The notes: generated by a model from the letters alone, not told the origin. Numbered from the stretch's first letter, positions 12,598-23,430 are shown. The stretch: 64,000 nt of DNA from Naegleria gruberi (GCA_000004985.1 GG738875.1), one strand, 5' to 3'. Numbers and translations: made by a program.

Positions 12598-13149
12598 AGT
12601 TGAATCTTTGTAAATAAAATATATTGATGAGGAAGAGCCTTCGCCAATATATGATTTGATTTATTTAACAAGTCTATTTATCATGTCAAGTTAAAGATTA
12701 AAATATTGATATGCTTGTATTTCTTTATCAATTTGAATTAATTTCAAATCAAATTTCATATTATATTGAAAAACAACATGGAAATATTTGCTTATCAAAG
12801 TATGCGGCAGATGCCTTTTTAAACAGTGGTGACGGTTTAATAGATTTTATTAAGGATCATGATGAAGAGTATATAAATGGAAGGGCAAATAGTGACCTCT
12901 ATTTAATTCAAAAAAAATGGAGCCAGATGATACTCGAACAGAGCAACCAACTAACAAGTTTTTCTATAATGGCGATCCAAATGATGCAGTGACAGACAGG
13001 AAAATAATAGACTTTTTGAATAAATTGGTGCTAGACAACAAATGTGTAAACATTACACCATCCGAACTGGATGCTGATTCTATTATTACAGATTTTGATA
13101 TCGAGTGAATAAACATCATCAATGCTGTTTCACAATATCACACTTTTTT

Positions 13150-13290
13150 GACCTCGTCTGGATCTTGACATTGAATTATTGGCTTCATTGTCCATACAGA
13201 ATCAAAGACTGATAGTAGAGATTGTCGCCATATTCGTGGCAGGCTTCTAGTCTAAATTATAATGTTTCAATACAGTGAATAAACAACTTA
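13150..13290 (+). repeat. short dispersed repeat, copy A (inverted partner at 16925..17070)
   Basis: The core 'catacagaatcaaagactgatagtagagattgtcgccatattcgtggcaggcttctagtctaaatta' matches the reverse complement of 16966..17038 at about 85% identity over about 75 bp. Confidence 0.6.
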
Positions 13291-13488
13291 TTCCCTTCTT
13301 AATAAAGTTTCAACCTGTAATGAAAGAAATCTTCATCAATTTACTACCTTTATTACTGAGAAGAAAGTTTTCAGCAAAATTCTTCAATATTCACTCTTGG
13401 GAGATTTCAGAGAAATTATTGAATGATGGTTGTACCCACAGGTCCACGTTGTTTTCTTATTCAATATTAAGATTTTAAGATAGGAAAT

Positions 13489-13606
13489 GACTACGGCCAT
13501 ATCACGATCCATGCACCTCATCCCGTCCGATTTGAGAAGTTAAGCATCGTCGAGCCACATCAGTACTGAGGTTGGAGACAACTTGGGAACCTGTGGTGCT
13601 GTAGTC
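13489..13606 (+). rRNA. 5S ribosomal RNA (copy 1)
   Basis: 'GACTACGGCCATATCACGAT...CATCCCGTCCGATTTGAGAAGTTAAGC...GGTTGGAGACAACTTGGGAACCTGTGGTGCTGTAGTC' is about 118 nt and is followed by a T4 Pol III terminator. Its layout is that of 5S rRNA. Confidence 0.85.
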
Positions 13607-14290
13607 TTTTACTCTTTTTGTACAGTATCAAGATTAAGTGTTAACTTTGTCAGTTAAATTCCATTAACAATTAATATGTGTGTGATGAATTCACCAATTT
13701 ATAAACAAATAAATGTTGATTGTTAAAAATTGTCGTGTGTTAAAAGGCATGGGTGGAGTTGCGCCACCAACACTTCAGAGAAATGAGCTGATCGTGATGT
13801 TAGAATTACACTACATGCCTCAAATGCAGTGTAATTTTACAAGCATTCTAACCTTCAGATTGTTTTAAATGTTCACTTCATTATGGTATAATTCTTTTTT
13901 TAAAAACAGAATTCAGCCAACTCTGAAATGGAAGCTTCAATTAATCGATGCTTTAATTCTCGTTAGTTATGTAACATATGATATTTCATCGTAAATGAAC
14001 TGTTTAACACTGTTAATATGGATCATTTTAGCACAATGTGGACATTATACTAAGGCCAACTAAGGAATCATTTTATTACGAATGAAATTGGGTGAAAGGG
14101 ATCTGTGAGAAGAATCTTATTCGAAAGTGATTACTTGGTTTGTATCAATAGAAAATTGCAAATATTTATACAACCAATGACAACAAGAATATTAATTACT
14201 TTTCCAGTTGATGATCATAAAAAGGAACAACAAACGTCACTCATCAATTAATAAAATAAATCAAAAAAATTAAAAAAATATTAAAAAAAA

Positions 14291-15712
14291 ATGACAACAA
14301 GAATCAACATTCTCCCTGACGAATTACAACTCGCTGCAGGTGTCTTGTCTTTACCAAACATTTTCGAAATCAAGTATTCTGCACCAGTTCGTCTCTACAA
14401 AGCAGCCAATAATAATCAATGGTCATATGCCAATTCTTATGGAATTTTGACAGTTACATTGGTTGAAAAACAATCAGTAGTAATGATTCGGTTGGTAGAT
14501 TTGAAGAGTAAATCAGTTACTATGGAACAAGAATGTTATGAAGGTTTCGACTATCAAACACTTTCTTCCAATTTTCATGCATTCGAATCTGATGATGGTT
14601 TTGTTGGATTGTTATTTGCTGAAAGATTTGATGCTGATCAATTTGCCAAGCAAGTTTGTCAACTCATTCGTTTGAAAGCAACTGGTTCTATCAATGGTGG
14701 TTCAACTCCAAGTTTGCCTTCAACTAAACCTTCTGTTAATGTGAGAAGTGACAGTTCTGATTCTTCTTCACCAACTGGTAATGCTGGTTCCAGTACTGCA
14801 CCACCTACTCCAGTGAAGAAGACTAGTCCTCCTCCATCTACTCCTCCACCAGTTGCTAACAAGCCAACTGCTGTCAATACTTCAATTGCTGCCAGTAGCT
14901 CAGTACATACTACTAGCACTTCCCATAAGGAACCTGAAAAGAAACACACTTCTAGCAATAGTGGTGGAGGTAGTAGCAGTAGTGGAGGTGGTGGTGGTTT
15001 ATTCTCCAAGATTTTCGGAACAAAGAATAAGGACCAAATTCCTGACCGTTCACAAATCAAAATTTCTGGACCAAAGGTTGACAAGTTTAAACACGTTTCA
15101 CACATTGGTTTTGATCCAAAAAGTGGATTTACAGACATCCCTCCGGAGTTAAAAACTATATTTGCGAAGGCGGGCATTTCTGAAGATGAATTGAAAGATA
15201 AGAAAACTGCCAAATTTTTAATGAAGACACTTGTCACTGTCACATCAGATGCTCCTCCACCTCCTTCTTTGGATGTTCCAAGTGGAAGACCACAACCTCC
15301 ACCAACCCCAGGAACTAGATCAACCCCTCCTCCACCTCCTTTCAAGGGAGCTAGCTCAAATGCTCCTTCTAACTCAAGTGCCATTGGAGTTGGTGGTTTT
15401 GTTCCTCCTCCACCAACCAATGTTCCTCCTCCACCAGTTGTCGATCTCTCTGTTAAGCCTAGAGTATCTGTTGCAAGTCCAGCAACTGATTCTGATGGTG
15501 GTGCCTCAGGTGGAGTTGACATGCTTTCTGAAATTAAAAATAAGAAATTGAGAAATGTAAAGCAAGAAGATTTACCAGAATTCAAGAATATGGCTGAAAG
15601 TGATCAAAACAATTTGGCAGCCAAGATTGCAGGTATTATGGAACTTCGTCGTGGTAATATTGAATATTCCAGTGAAGATGAGGAAAGTGATGATGATGAT
15701 TGGGAATTGTAA
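14291..15712 (+). CDS. WASP (Wiskott-Aldrich syndrome protein) homologue: WH1/EVH1 - basic - CRIB/GBD - polyproline - WH2 - acidic (VCA)
   Basis: The N-terminal WH1 domain begins 'NILPDELQLAAGV...WSYANSYGILTVTLVEK'. The CRIB motif is 'ISGPKVDKFKHVSHIGFDPKSGF'. There are long PPPP tracts. The WH2 motif is 'GGVDMLSEIKNKKLRNV'. The acidic tail ends '...SDDDDWEL'. Confidence 0.85.
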   Translation: MTTRINILPDELQLAAGVLSLPNIFEIKYSAPVRLYKAANNNQWSYANSYGILTVTLVEKQSVVMIRLVDLKSKSVTMEQECYEGFDYQTLSSNFHAFESDDGFVGLLFAERFDADQFAKQVCQLIRLKATGSINGGSTPSLPSTKPSVNVRSDSSDSSSPTGNAGSSTAPPTPVKKTSPPPSTPPPVANKPTAVNTSIAASSSVHTTSTSHKEPEKKHTSSNSGGGSSSSGGGGGLFSKIFGTKNKDQIPDRSQIKISGPKVDKFKHVSHIGFDPKSGFTDIPPELKTIFAKAGISEDELKDKKTAKFLMKTLVTVTSDAPPPPSLDVPSGRPQPPPTPGTRSTPPPPPFKGASSNAPSNSSAIGVGGFVPPPPTNVPPPPVVDLSVKPRVSVASPATDSDGGASGGVDMLSEIKNKKLRNVKQEDLPEFKNMAESDQNNLAAKIAGIMELRRGNIEYSSEDEESDDDDWEL

Positions 15713-16289
15713 ATATTTCAAAAACATATATTAATTGCAATAATACAAATCGGTTTATCGTATTTGTGAGCTACATTGTAATTTGTAATAAAATATCACA
15801 AAATGGAATTCAAGAAAAGTTTTAATGATTGATTGGCTAACAAATCAGTTAGTTGACAACACAACTTATTTCCCTCAAGTATTTTCGATTAATTTCAAAT
15901 TGAAAATATTTGGAAATATTTAATGCTTTATGAATATCACCATCTGTTCCATTATAATAGTGTCTCCATAAGGTTCTAATCTTATCCTTACTGAATTATC
16001 AAACACTGAATTGAACTCTCTTATATTGAATCACTTCGGCATTGAATCCAATAGTGGGTATCTACTTTCTCATCTAATTGAATCTTGACAGACTTGATGT
16101 TTTACCAGCATCCAAACCTAATGAACATGGATTGACCCATTCCCACAAGTTTGGTCAATTCGATCCAATTAGAACCTTCAACACCAATATTATTATTGCT
16201 AATATCAAGAATGGTCAACTTCTTCCCAATCCAAGTGTTAATTCATTCAATTATTTTATGAATACTGATCCTTTCTCTACAATATCATT

Positions 16290-16620
16290 ATGACCAATAC
16301 CAAGTTTAATTAACTGTTTCAGTTTGCTAATATATTTAGCTCCTTCACCACTAACGCGATTGTAATACATCAAGTTTGGTTAATTGTTTCATTTCACTAA
16401 TGGATTTAGCTCCTCCATCTCCAATGTTATTAATGCTAATATCAAGATTAGCTCTTTCATTCCCCCAATGAATTTAGCACCTCTTTCTCCAAAATTATTT
16501 TGATTAATAGAAAGATTAGTTAATTGATTCATTTCGCTAATATCCATTTCTGTTAATCCATTCATCAAATTAAATATTTTACAATTAAATATTTTAGAAA
16601 CATTTCTAAGTTCCACTTTT
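16290..16620 (-). pseudogene. decayed tandem array of RNI-type leucine-rich repeats (LRR gene remnant)
   Basis: About four tandem units of roughly 72-84 bp are visible in the DNA. On the minus strand they translate to LRR-like 'L..L.I..N.FGERGAKFI..MKEL' units. The frame is broken between units, and only short ORFs of 75 aa or less survive. Confidence 0.4.
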
Positions 16621-16924
16621 AAAGTTCAACATTTTGCAAAAATCGACCTTCCATTACTTTCGAATCCTTTTCCAATTTTTAATTAAAGAAAGTTTCATTT
16701 CCGAAAAATTGACATTCTGTCACTGTGTTGAAACCAATGCACAATTCATCACCAGAAATTTAAAATCATGATTGTGATGAGATAGAATTTCATCAGGAAA
16801 GAGAATGTGTTTGCTCATTTTTTTGGGTTTTGTAAATTTCAAAGTTGCGCCAACAATAGGCTCTAAGAATGTGGGTTTGATAAGCACACGATTTAAAAGA
16901 ATGAGGATCAGGATTGGATCTTAC

Positions 16925-17070
16925 TAAATCAATGCAAAAGGAATATATGTTGAAAACGATTTCAATTGTTAATTTGGACGGGAAGCCTGCCAGGAATATG
17001 GCGACAATCCCGCTACAGTCTTTGACTGTATGAACAGTGAATTCAAGAGTTCTTGGACGAATCTTGTTTG
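16925..17070 (-). repeat. short dispersed repeat, copy B (inverted relative to 13150..13290)
   Basis: See copy A. 'ggaagcctgccaggaatatggcgacaatcccgctacagtctttgactgtatg' is the reverse complement of the copy A core. Confidence 0.6.
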
Positions 17071-17226
17071 TTCAGGTTATTGAAGAAAGTAAAAAGGTCG
17101 ATCACTCTTCTATTTATTGATCATTAGATATGTTGAATTGCTCGATGAAAATTTTGGTTTCCTATTTTCTTATCATTTCGAAATTGAAACTTCACCTTAC
17201 TTAAGAATTAAAAAAGACTGGTTCTC

Positions 17227-17472
17227 TTATTTTCTCTTTTCAATCTTTCGAATTTCCACTTGTTTTGCCTTCTCTTCAAACTTTTTAATTTCACTTTTAT
17301 ATAACTTCAGCCATCTATCTTCAATTACTCTATTTCTTTCCTCTCCAGTTAATCCTCTTCTAAAATGAATCCTCTTCCAACAATCTTCCTGAAAAATCCT
17401 AAATGCATTACTCATCTTGATGATCTTCTTTGTTATTTTCTGTTTGTTGGGTTTTAATTCATCAATTGACAT
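17227..17472 (-). CDS. small HMG-box-like protein (possibly terminal exon of a larger gene)
   Basis: 'KMSNAFRIFQEDCWKRI...GLTGEERNRVIEDRWLKLYKSEIKKFEEKAKQ' fits the HMG-box helix pattern. The true 5' end is uncertain. Confidence 0.3.
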   Translation of the reverse strand: MSIDELKPNKQKITKKIIKMSNAFRIFQEDCWKRIHFRRGLTGEERNRVIEDRWLKLYKSEIKKFEEKAKQVEIRKIEKRK

Positions 17473-17655
17473 TTTTACTTTCTTTTGGATTGGGTGTTGT
17501 AATGGAAGAGGACGATTTACTGGTGGAACTCTTTTTCTCTTAAGAATGTTTTCATTTTTTTTGTTAAATTATTTGATTGGTTTTGTAACAGACCCAACAT
17601 TTGGACGGTTTCAACTTTACAAAAATTGGTAAATATTAAAATCTCTATCAATGTT

Positions 17656-19089
17656 TTACTCATAGCATCTGTCATAATATTCATTGATTGATGAATGTGA
17701 AATACAAGCCACAAATTTTTCTCTACTCATATCATAATACTCCTTAATGGTATCAAAATTGGCGTCAGGATTACACCTCACAATGTTTGCATAGAGAACC
17801 AATTGATGAATCAATGAGTCCTTTTTCTCAATAAATTGACGATTAACAAAATTGTGAACTCTTCGTTCAGACCAGTTATGAATTTTCTCATAATCTTGGT
17901 TCCTTCTCGTATTAATAATTTCCACATACATCAATTCAGACAATATTTCATAATTTACAAGGTCATCCAAAGAGTTACATCCTTGAATGGAAATTCTCAA
18001 AAGTTTGGGAAATCTCTTCCTTGTTATTGCAGATAGAATATTCCTCTCCAATTTTCCAGTATCTATCTGTAAATAATAATTATTCTCTGTTGAAGGAAAT
18101 CTGATTGTTAAATCACGAACATTTGAAAATTCTTCGTGTCCTTCCAGGAAATTGTCATACTCCTCTCCAGTTTCATAAGATGTTACGAAAGAAAAGCATA
18201 GAAACTGAGCATGTTTCGGAATTGTAAACTGTTGATAATTCTTGTTGAAATTGATTGAAATGGCCACATAAATTGGCTGCAATGTTTCAAATATGATAGA
18301 GTCTTCTTCAAAATTATACTCCAAATCAATTAATAAACCAAGTGAGCTTGAATCCATAAAATTATCGGTAAATAAACCTTTCGAAAATAGATAACATCTT
18401 TCTAAAGTTTCATAACAGCTTTCCCCACTATGCCTTTCACTATCGAAATATGAAACCATATCAAGAGATAATATCAATGCCTTATGTAGAAACAAATCAT
18501 ACGGATCCAGTTGAGTAATTTGTTTGATTTTCTCAAATTTTGACTCTGAAACCATTAATTTCTGAACTCTTTCTTCGAATAATTTGTTCACATCCTCATC
18601 AATAAACTCATTTTCTATTTCATTCAAATCCACATCCTCAAAGGAATAACCAATACATTTCGACTTATCAATAATATCCTTATACTCTCGATTGGAATTC
18701 ATCTCAACTGCCTCTATCAATTTCTGCATTTTGACAAAAGGAATTGATTCGTAAACAGAAATGTCACCTCTTGCCAACGAAAATCCCTCAAAAGATTGAT
18801 ATCGTTTCCAATAAACAACCATCTCCAAAATATTCGAAACCTCCTTCCAGAAATCACCCATTTCAACCAGAAACAAATAGGTAGCCTTTCTTGAAATTGT
18901 TTTACACCATTTATGCACAGCTCTCACATTTTCCACATCCAAACCATTCAAAATTCTTGGATAAATCAAATTCTTAAATTTCATAATTTCATTATTATTT
19001 TGCAATAAAGAAAGATGAATCGGACCAAGCCAATATTCAAAAATACAATAACGCCAAATATCCAGTGGAAGGGAGAGAAGATGAGTCAT
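17656..19089 (-). CDS. hypothetical protein with N-terminal F-box-like motif
   Basis: 477-aa ORF. The N-terminus 'LSLPLDIWRYCIFEYW' is F-box-like. The rest is not recognisable. Confidence 0.45.
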   Translation of the reverse strand: MTHLLSLPLDIWRYCIFEYWLGPIHLSLLQNNNEIMKFKNLIYPRILNGLDVENVRAVHKWCKTISRKATYLFLVEMGDFWKEVSNILEMVVYWKRYQSFEGFSLARGDISVYESIPFVKMQKLIEAVEMNSNREYKDIIDKSKCIGYSFEDVDLNEIENEFIDEDVNKLFEERVQKLMVSESKFEKIKQITQLDPYDLFLHKALILSLDMVSYFDSERHSGESCYETLERCYLFSKGLFTDNFMDSSSLGLLIDLEYNFEEDSIIFETLQPIYVAISINFNKNYQQFTIPKHAQFLCFSFVTSYETGEEYDNFLEGHEEFSNVRDLTIRFPSTENNYYLQIDTGKLERNILSAITRKRFPKLLRISIQGCNSLDDLVNYEILSELMYVEIINTRRNQDYEKIHNWSERRVHNFVNRQFIEKKDSLIHQLVLYANIVRCNPDANFDTIKEYYDMSREKFVACISHSSINEYYDRCYE

Positions 19090-19354
19090 TGATGGTAGTC
19101 GTGGTGAGAATTTTTTTGGTTTGGAAAATAAACTTTTAATGCTCGATAAAACCTTTTGTGAACTTTGTGCAATTCCGTAATTGCAAGACGAATCTAAAGA
19201 ATAATTTCCTTTAGCTTTTTTACGAGGATGAGAATCTAAATATCTTCCTTACAACATTTCATTTTGAAATAGTAAATAGACACTTAGGTTTTTAATTTAG
19301 GTTTTAACTGTACAATGTTTTTAACTTAGGGTTACAAATATTACAACCGATTGA

Positions 19355-20002
19355 TTACTCGCTTTCAGAGTCTTCATCAGAATCATCTTCAGATTCCTCC
19401 TTCTTAGTCTTCTTCTTTGGTGGAGGTGGTTGAGTAGCATCATACTTGCTCTTTTCGATATTGTAGGCAGCCTTAAGTTCAGCAGCCTTGTTGACGTATG
19501 GAGCCTTTTCAGCATCGTTCATCTTTCCCCACTTTTCACCGACGAGTTTGGCAACTTCAGTAACCTTCAAGGTTGGATTTTCAGCAACAAGACTCTTTCT
19601 GTATGTTTGAGAGAAGAGCATATAGGATGAGAGAGGTCTCTTTGGAGCATTTTCGTCCTTCTTGGCCTTTCTCTTCTTTTTCTTCTTCTTGGCACCTTCA
19701 TCATCAGATGATTCGGATTCATCAGAGGATTCTGGCTTATTCTTCTTGTATTCTTCGAATTGCTTCTTGTAGACTTCCATATTCTTCTTAGATACAGAAT
19801 TATACTTGTCCTTTTCACTGTCGGTCAACTTGCCCCATTCTTCACCCAAGAGTTTTGAAACTTCACTAGCACTCTTCTTTTCACCTTCACCCAAGGTGGC
19901 CTTTACTTTTTCTCTACGTTCGTCACAGAACAAGAAGAAACCAGTCTTTGGCCTCTTTGGGGCATTTGGATCCTTTTTCTTTGATGATTTCTTTCCGGCC
20001 AT
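19355..20002 (-). CDS. HMGB-type chromatin protein with two HMG boxes and acidic tail
   Basis: 'DPNAPKRPKTGFFLFCDERR...' and 'ENAPKRPLSSYMLFSQTYRKS...EKWGKMNDAEKAPY' are two HMG boxes. The C-terminus is a D/E/S-rich tail. Confidence 0.85.
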   Translation of the reverse strand: MAGKKSSKKKDPNAPKRPKTGFFLFCDERREKVKATLGEGEKKSASEVSKLLGEEWGKLTDSEKDKYNSVSKKNMEVYKKQFEEYKKNKPESSDESESSDDEGAKKKKKKRKAKKDENAPKRPLSSYMLFSQTYRKSLVAENPTLKVTEVAKLVGEKWGKMNDAEKAPYVNKAAELKAAYNIEKSKYDATQPPPPKKKTKKEESEDDSDEDSESE

Positions 20003-20249
20003 TTGTTATTAGTCGTTAATATCTAGGTTAATGTTGTGAATTTTTATTTGATGGAATTTTTTAGGCTTTTAAATTAAAAATAGTACCGTTGCAGCCAATA
20101 ACCGTTATGATTAAAATTTCGATCCACTTTGAAAGTTATTGTAAAGTTTTCAAACGATGTTTAGCGGTAGTAAAAGTGGTGACATTTTGCAATTGGATCA
20201 GATGATGGAAATAAATAATACAATTTGTTTTGTACACGGTTAATTTAAT

Positions 20250-21678
20250 TTATTTGAACAACTTCTTCAAGCTCATGTTGTGTTCGTCTCCTCTCTTTGT
20301 TACCTTAGCGACAGCCATTTCCAAATCTTCTTGAGTAACGTGGACACGTCTTTCACGCAAAGCAAACATACCACCTTCTGTACAGGTAGCCTTGATTTCA
20401 GCACCAGAAGCACCTCCAAGCATTGATGCAATCTTTCTGAGATTGATACCACGAGTCAAATTCATCTTTCTGGAGTGAATCTTAAGAATATCTAATCTGG
20501 CCAATTCGTTTGGATTTGGGAATTCAATTTTACGATCAATTCTACCTGGTCTTAACAAGGCAGGATCAAGAATATCAATACGATTTGTAGCCATGATAAT
20601 TTTGATGTTTTGTGTAGATTCGAAACCGTCCAATTGGTTAAGTAATTCCAACATGGTTCTTTGTACTTCACTATCACCACCTCCTTTACCACCTTCTGTT
20701 CTCGTACTACCAATACTGTCAATTTCGTCCATGAAAATAATAGATGGGGCATGTTCACGAGCCATGACGAACAATTCTCTGACCATTCTACTACCTTCAC
20801 CAATGTATTTCTGTACCAACTCTGAACCAGAAACACGAATAAAAGTACAATCTGTGTGGTGAGCAACAGCTCTAGCCAATAAAGTCTATTCCAATCATAC
20901 AATTATAATGTTGTTACACAATTTGTAGAGTGATCACAAGTATTCCGAATCATTAATGATGATGATGAAATACAATTATTATACAATAATAAAAAGATCC
21001 AAAGTCAATATAAATACAATCAAATAAAACAAACTCACCTTACCAGTACCTGGTGGACCATACATGATAACTATAGATTTAAAATGTTAAATAAATATTA
21101 AATACTAATGATGATCACTTACCTCCTTTTGGTTGAGCAATACCCAAGCTTTCAAAAAGTTCAGGGTGTTTGATTGGAAGTTCGATCACTTCCTTAACTT
21201 CTTTAATTTGTTCATCAAGACCTCCGACCATTTCATATGTAGCATCAGGAACCTTTTCTACTTTCATCAAACTGACCAAAGGATCAATCTTATTAGGGAG
21301 AATTTTATGGAGAGCATAGGAATCATTTCTGAGAGCAACTCTTACACCTGGTGATAAATCCTTCAATTCAATAGATTTGTCAATATCCACAATATATTTT
21401 CCTTCTTGGCTGATCTTGATAAGAACCTTCTTTTTTCCCATAACTTTAACAACTTCACCAACATGGCTTCCTGGTTCTTGGAGTTGTTGTAATTCTTCCT
21501 TCAAGCTCCTCACACGTCCGTTCAATTCATTTCTTTGTGCTTGTAAACGTCTAAGATTTTCGATTTTATCCTTTAATACAATTTCCTTCTCTTGAATCTT
21601 GGCAATGTAATAATTTTTCAATCCATTGGCTGATGGTGGTTTTGATACCAGTGTATTTCCAGAAGATGATGAGAGCAT
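20250..21678 (-). CDS. 26S proteasome regulatory ATPase subunit Rpt6 (PSMC5/SUG1)
   Basis: Three exons: 21678..21123, 21070..21039 and 20885..20250. The introns are 21122..21071 and 21038..20886, both GT..AG. The protein is near-identical to the conserved Rpt6 blocks. These include '[11 protein letters not shown]', '[16 protein letters not shown]|[11 protein letters not shown]|[31 protein letters not shown]', and the C-terminus '[13 protein letters not shown]...NMSLKKLFK'. Confidence 0.92.
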
Positions 21679-22177
21679 TATTTTTTTTGTTTGATGTTTC
21701 TTCATACAATGGCATTCCGTAAAAATAGAATCTATTTTTATTTTATATTTCCAAGACAAAGGTGTACACCTTGTTTGATTTACAGAATAATCCTTATTGA
21801 TGTTAATTGTTTCATTTCACTGATGAATTTGAGTTGTTCTAAAGAGTCAAACAAATGTTCAGAAAATTCAACATTAACAATACTATTCATAAATTGACTT
21901 TTCATTCCGCGTCAGACATTTCTCTTCCATATTTCCTCCGAATTCATTAATTGATGATTTTCAAAATCATGTCTGTTTCGTTTACTCATTTTTTAAATTG
22001 GAATACTCAACATTAACCTCTGTGAAAGAAGTTGATATCTCTTTATTACCAATCATATTCAATTGTCTGACATCTTCAACTATGACCATATCACGATGAA
22101 CGCATCTCAAAGTATCAGTATTCCCCATACGTTCACATTGTTTTCTTATTCAAAATTAAGATTTTAACAGAGTGAAT

Positions 22178-22295
22178 GACTACGGCCATATCACGATGAA
22201 TGCACCTCATCCCGTCCGATTTGAGAAGTTAAGCATCGTCGAGCCACATCAGTACTGAGGTTGGAGACAACTTGGGAACCTGTGGTGCTGTAGTC
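22178..22295 (+). rRNA. 5S ribosomal RNA (copy 2)
   Basis: Near-identical to copy 1; one difference is 'GATGAATG' versus 'GATCCATG'. The same roughly 40 bp of upstream flank ('ttgttttcttattca.aattaagattttaa') is conserved, and a T5 terminator follows. Confidence 0.85.
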
Positions 22296-22545
22296 TTTTT
22301 ATTTTCACTTAAGGTTCCTTTAATGGAAGACCTTCTTATTTTACATAATAATAGATCACCCCAAAATTCTGTAAAAGTGAAAGTGTTTAAATGTGCCTTT
22401 TATGGCCAGTGGAACCAACATGCAAAAATTTCGTGCGTACAATCTCATCAGTTTGAGCGCTTTGAATTTCCTTTATCTTTCCCGCTCAAAACCATTTTTA
22501 CTTTTTTCAAAATCAAAACAAAAAAGCAAAACTCAAACAATAACA

Positions 22546-23430
22546 ATGAAATTCGAAAAGAGACCATCAAAAGAAAGAGGACATTATGATGCAGGTTGGC
22601 TCGATACCTATCACACATTTTCCTTCTCCACTTATAGAGATTCAAAATTTAATCAATTCGGTCCATTGAGAGTATTGAATGAGGATTGTGTGGAGCCATC
22701 GAGTGGATTCCCAATGCATCCTCATCAGAATTATGAAATATTTTCGTATGTCTTGTCAGGAAATTTGACTCATTCAGATTCTATGGGAAATACAGAAATT
22801 TGTAAGAAAGGTTCAGTTCAGTTTACTTCTGCTGGAAGTGGTATTTATCATAGTGAGTTCAATAGGGACAAGAATGAATATGTTAAATTCTTACAAATTT
22901 GGGTGAAGCCAAGAAGCCTTGATGCGAAACCAAATTATCAAAAGATGAGTTTCTCACCAGACCAAAAACTGAATCAATTGTGTTTAATGATTGCTCCAAA
23001 GGAAAGTGCCAAATTGAAGGAAGAAGAATTAATTGGAATTGATCAGGATTTCTATGTACTTTCTAGCTTATTAGAATCTGGAAAGAAGGTCAATCATACT
23101 TTATATTCTGGTCGTCAGATTTATGTTCATGTTCCAATTATGAGTAGAACTGGATCAGTATCCAATTCTAAATCAAATGGTTTGTTATCTTCTTTACTTC
23201 GTAAGACAACCAACCCTTTTATTACCAATTATTTAAAAACTAAATTTTCAAAAACAAAAGAACAAGTTTCCATCAAACTTTCCAATAATAGTAATGGAAA
23301 TGGTGAACTTATTACATTGAATGAAGGTGATGGCTGTTCCATTCAATCAGATTCACTGTCCGAAGAGGAATTAATCATTGAGGGTGTTAATTCCATGACT
23401 GAATTTGTCGTGATGGATATGAAAAAGTAA
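22546..23430 (+). CDS. Pirin (bicupin)
   Basis: 'RGHYDAGWLDTYHTFSF..Y.D..FNQFGPLRVLNED.VEP..GFPMHPHQNYEIFSYVLSG.L.H.DSMGN.E.I..GSVQFTSAGSGIYHSE.N' is the Pirin N-terminal cupin signature. Confidence 0.85.
   Translation: MKFEKRPSKERGHYDAGWLDTYHTFSFSTYRDSKFNQFGPLRVLNEDCVEPSSGFPMHPHQNYEIFSYVLSGNLTHSDSMGNTEICKKGSVQFTSAGSGIYHSEFNRDKNEYVKFLQIWVKPRSLDAKPNYQKMSFSPDQKLNQLCLMIAPKESAKLKEEELIGIDQDFYVLSSLLESGKKVNHTLYSGRQIYVHVPIMSRTGSVSNSKSNGLLSSLLRKTTNPFITNYLKTKFSKTKEQVSIKLSNNSNGNGELITLNEGDGCSIQSDSLSEEELIIEGVNSMTEFVVMDMKK

Noticed and set aside
12711-13478. Three small ORFs (63-93 aa) between the AKR gene and 5S copy 1
   Set aside because: They are short, AT-rich and overlap each other in different frames. 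No motifs were recognised. They partly overlap the dispersed-repeat copy A.
14659-15585. 308-aa ORF, Gly/Val-rich, antisense to WASP
   Set aside because: It is the reverse complement of the poly-proline (CCA/CCT) coding tracts of a well-supported gene. No domain is present. It is a classic antisense artefact.
13489-22295. 5S genes as part of a retrotransposon or SINE
   Set aside because: There is no RT, integrase or transposase ORF, no polyA tail and no obvious TSD. Only a short shared flank and one truncated fragment are visible. I kept this as a finding about duplication and did not call a mobile element.
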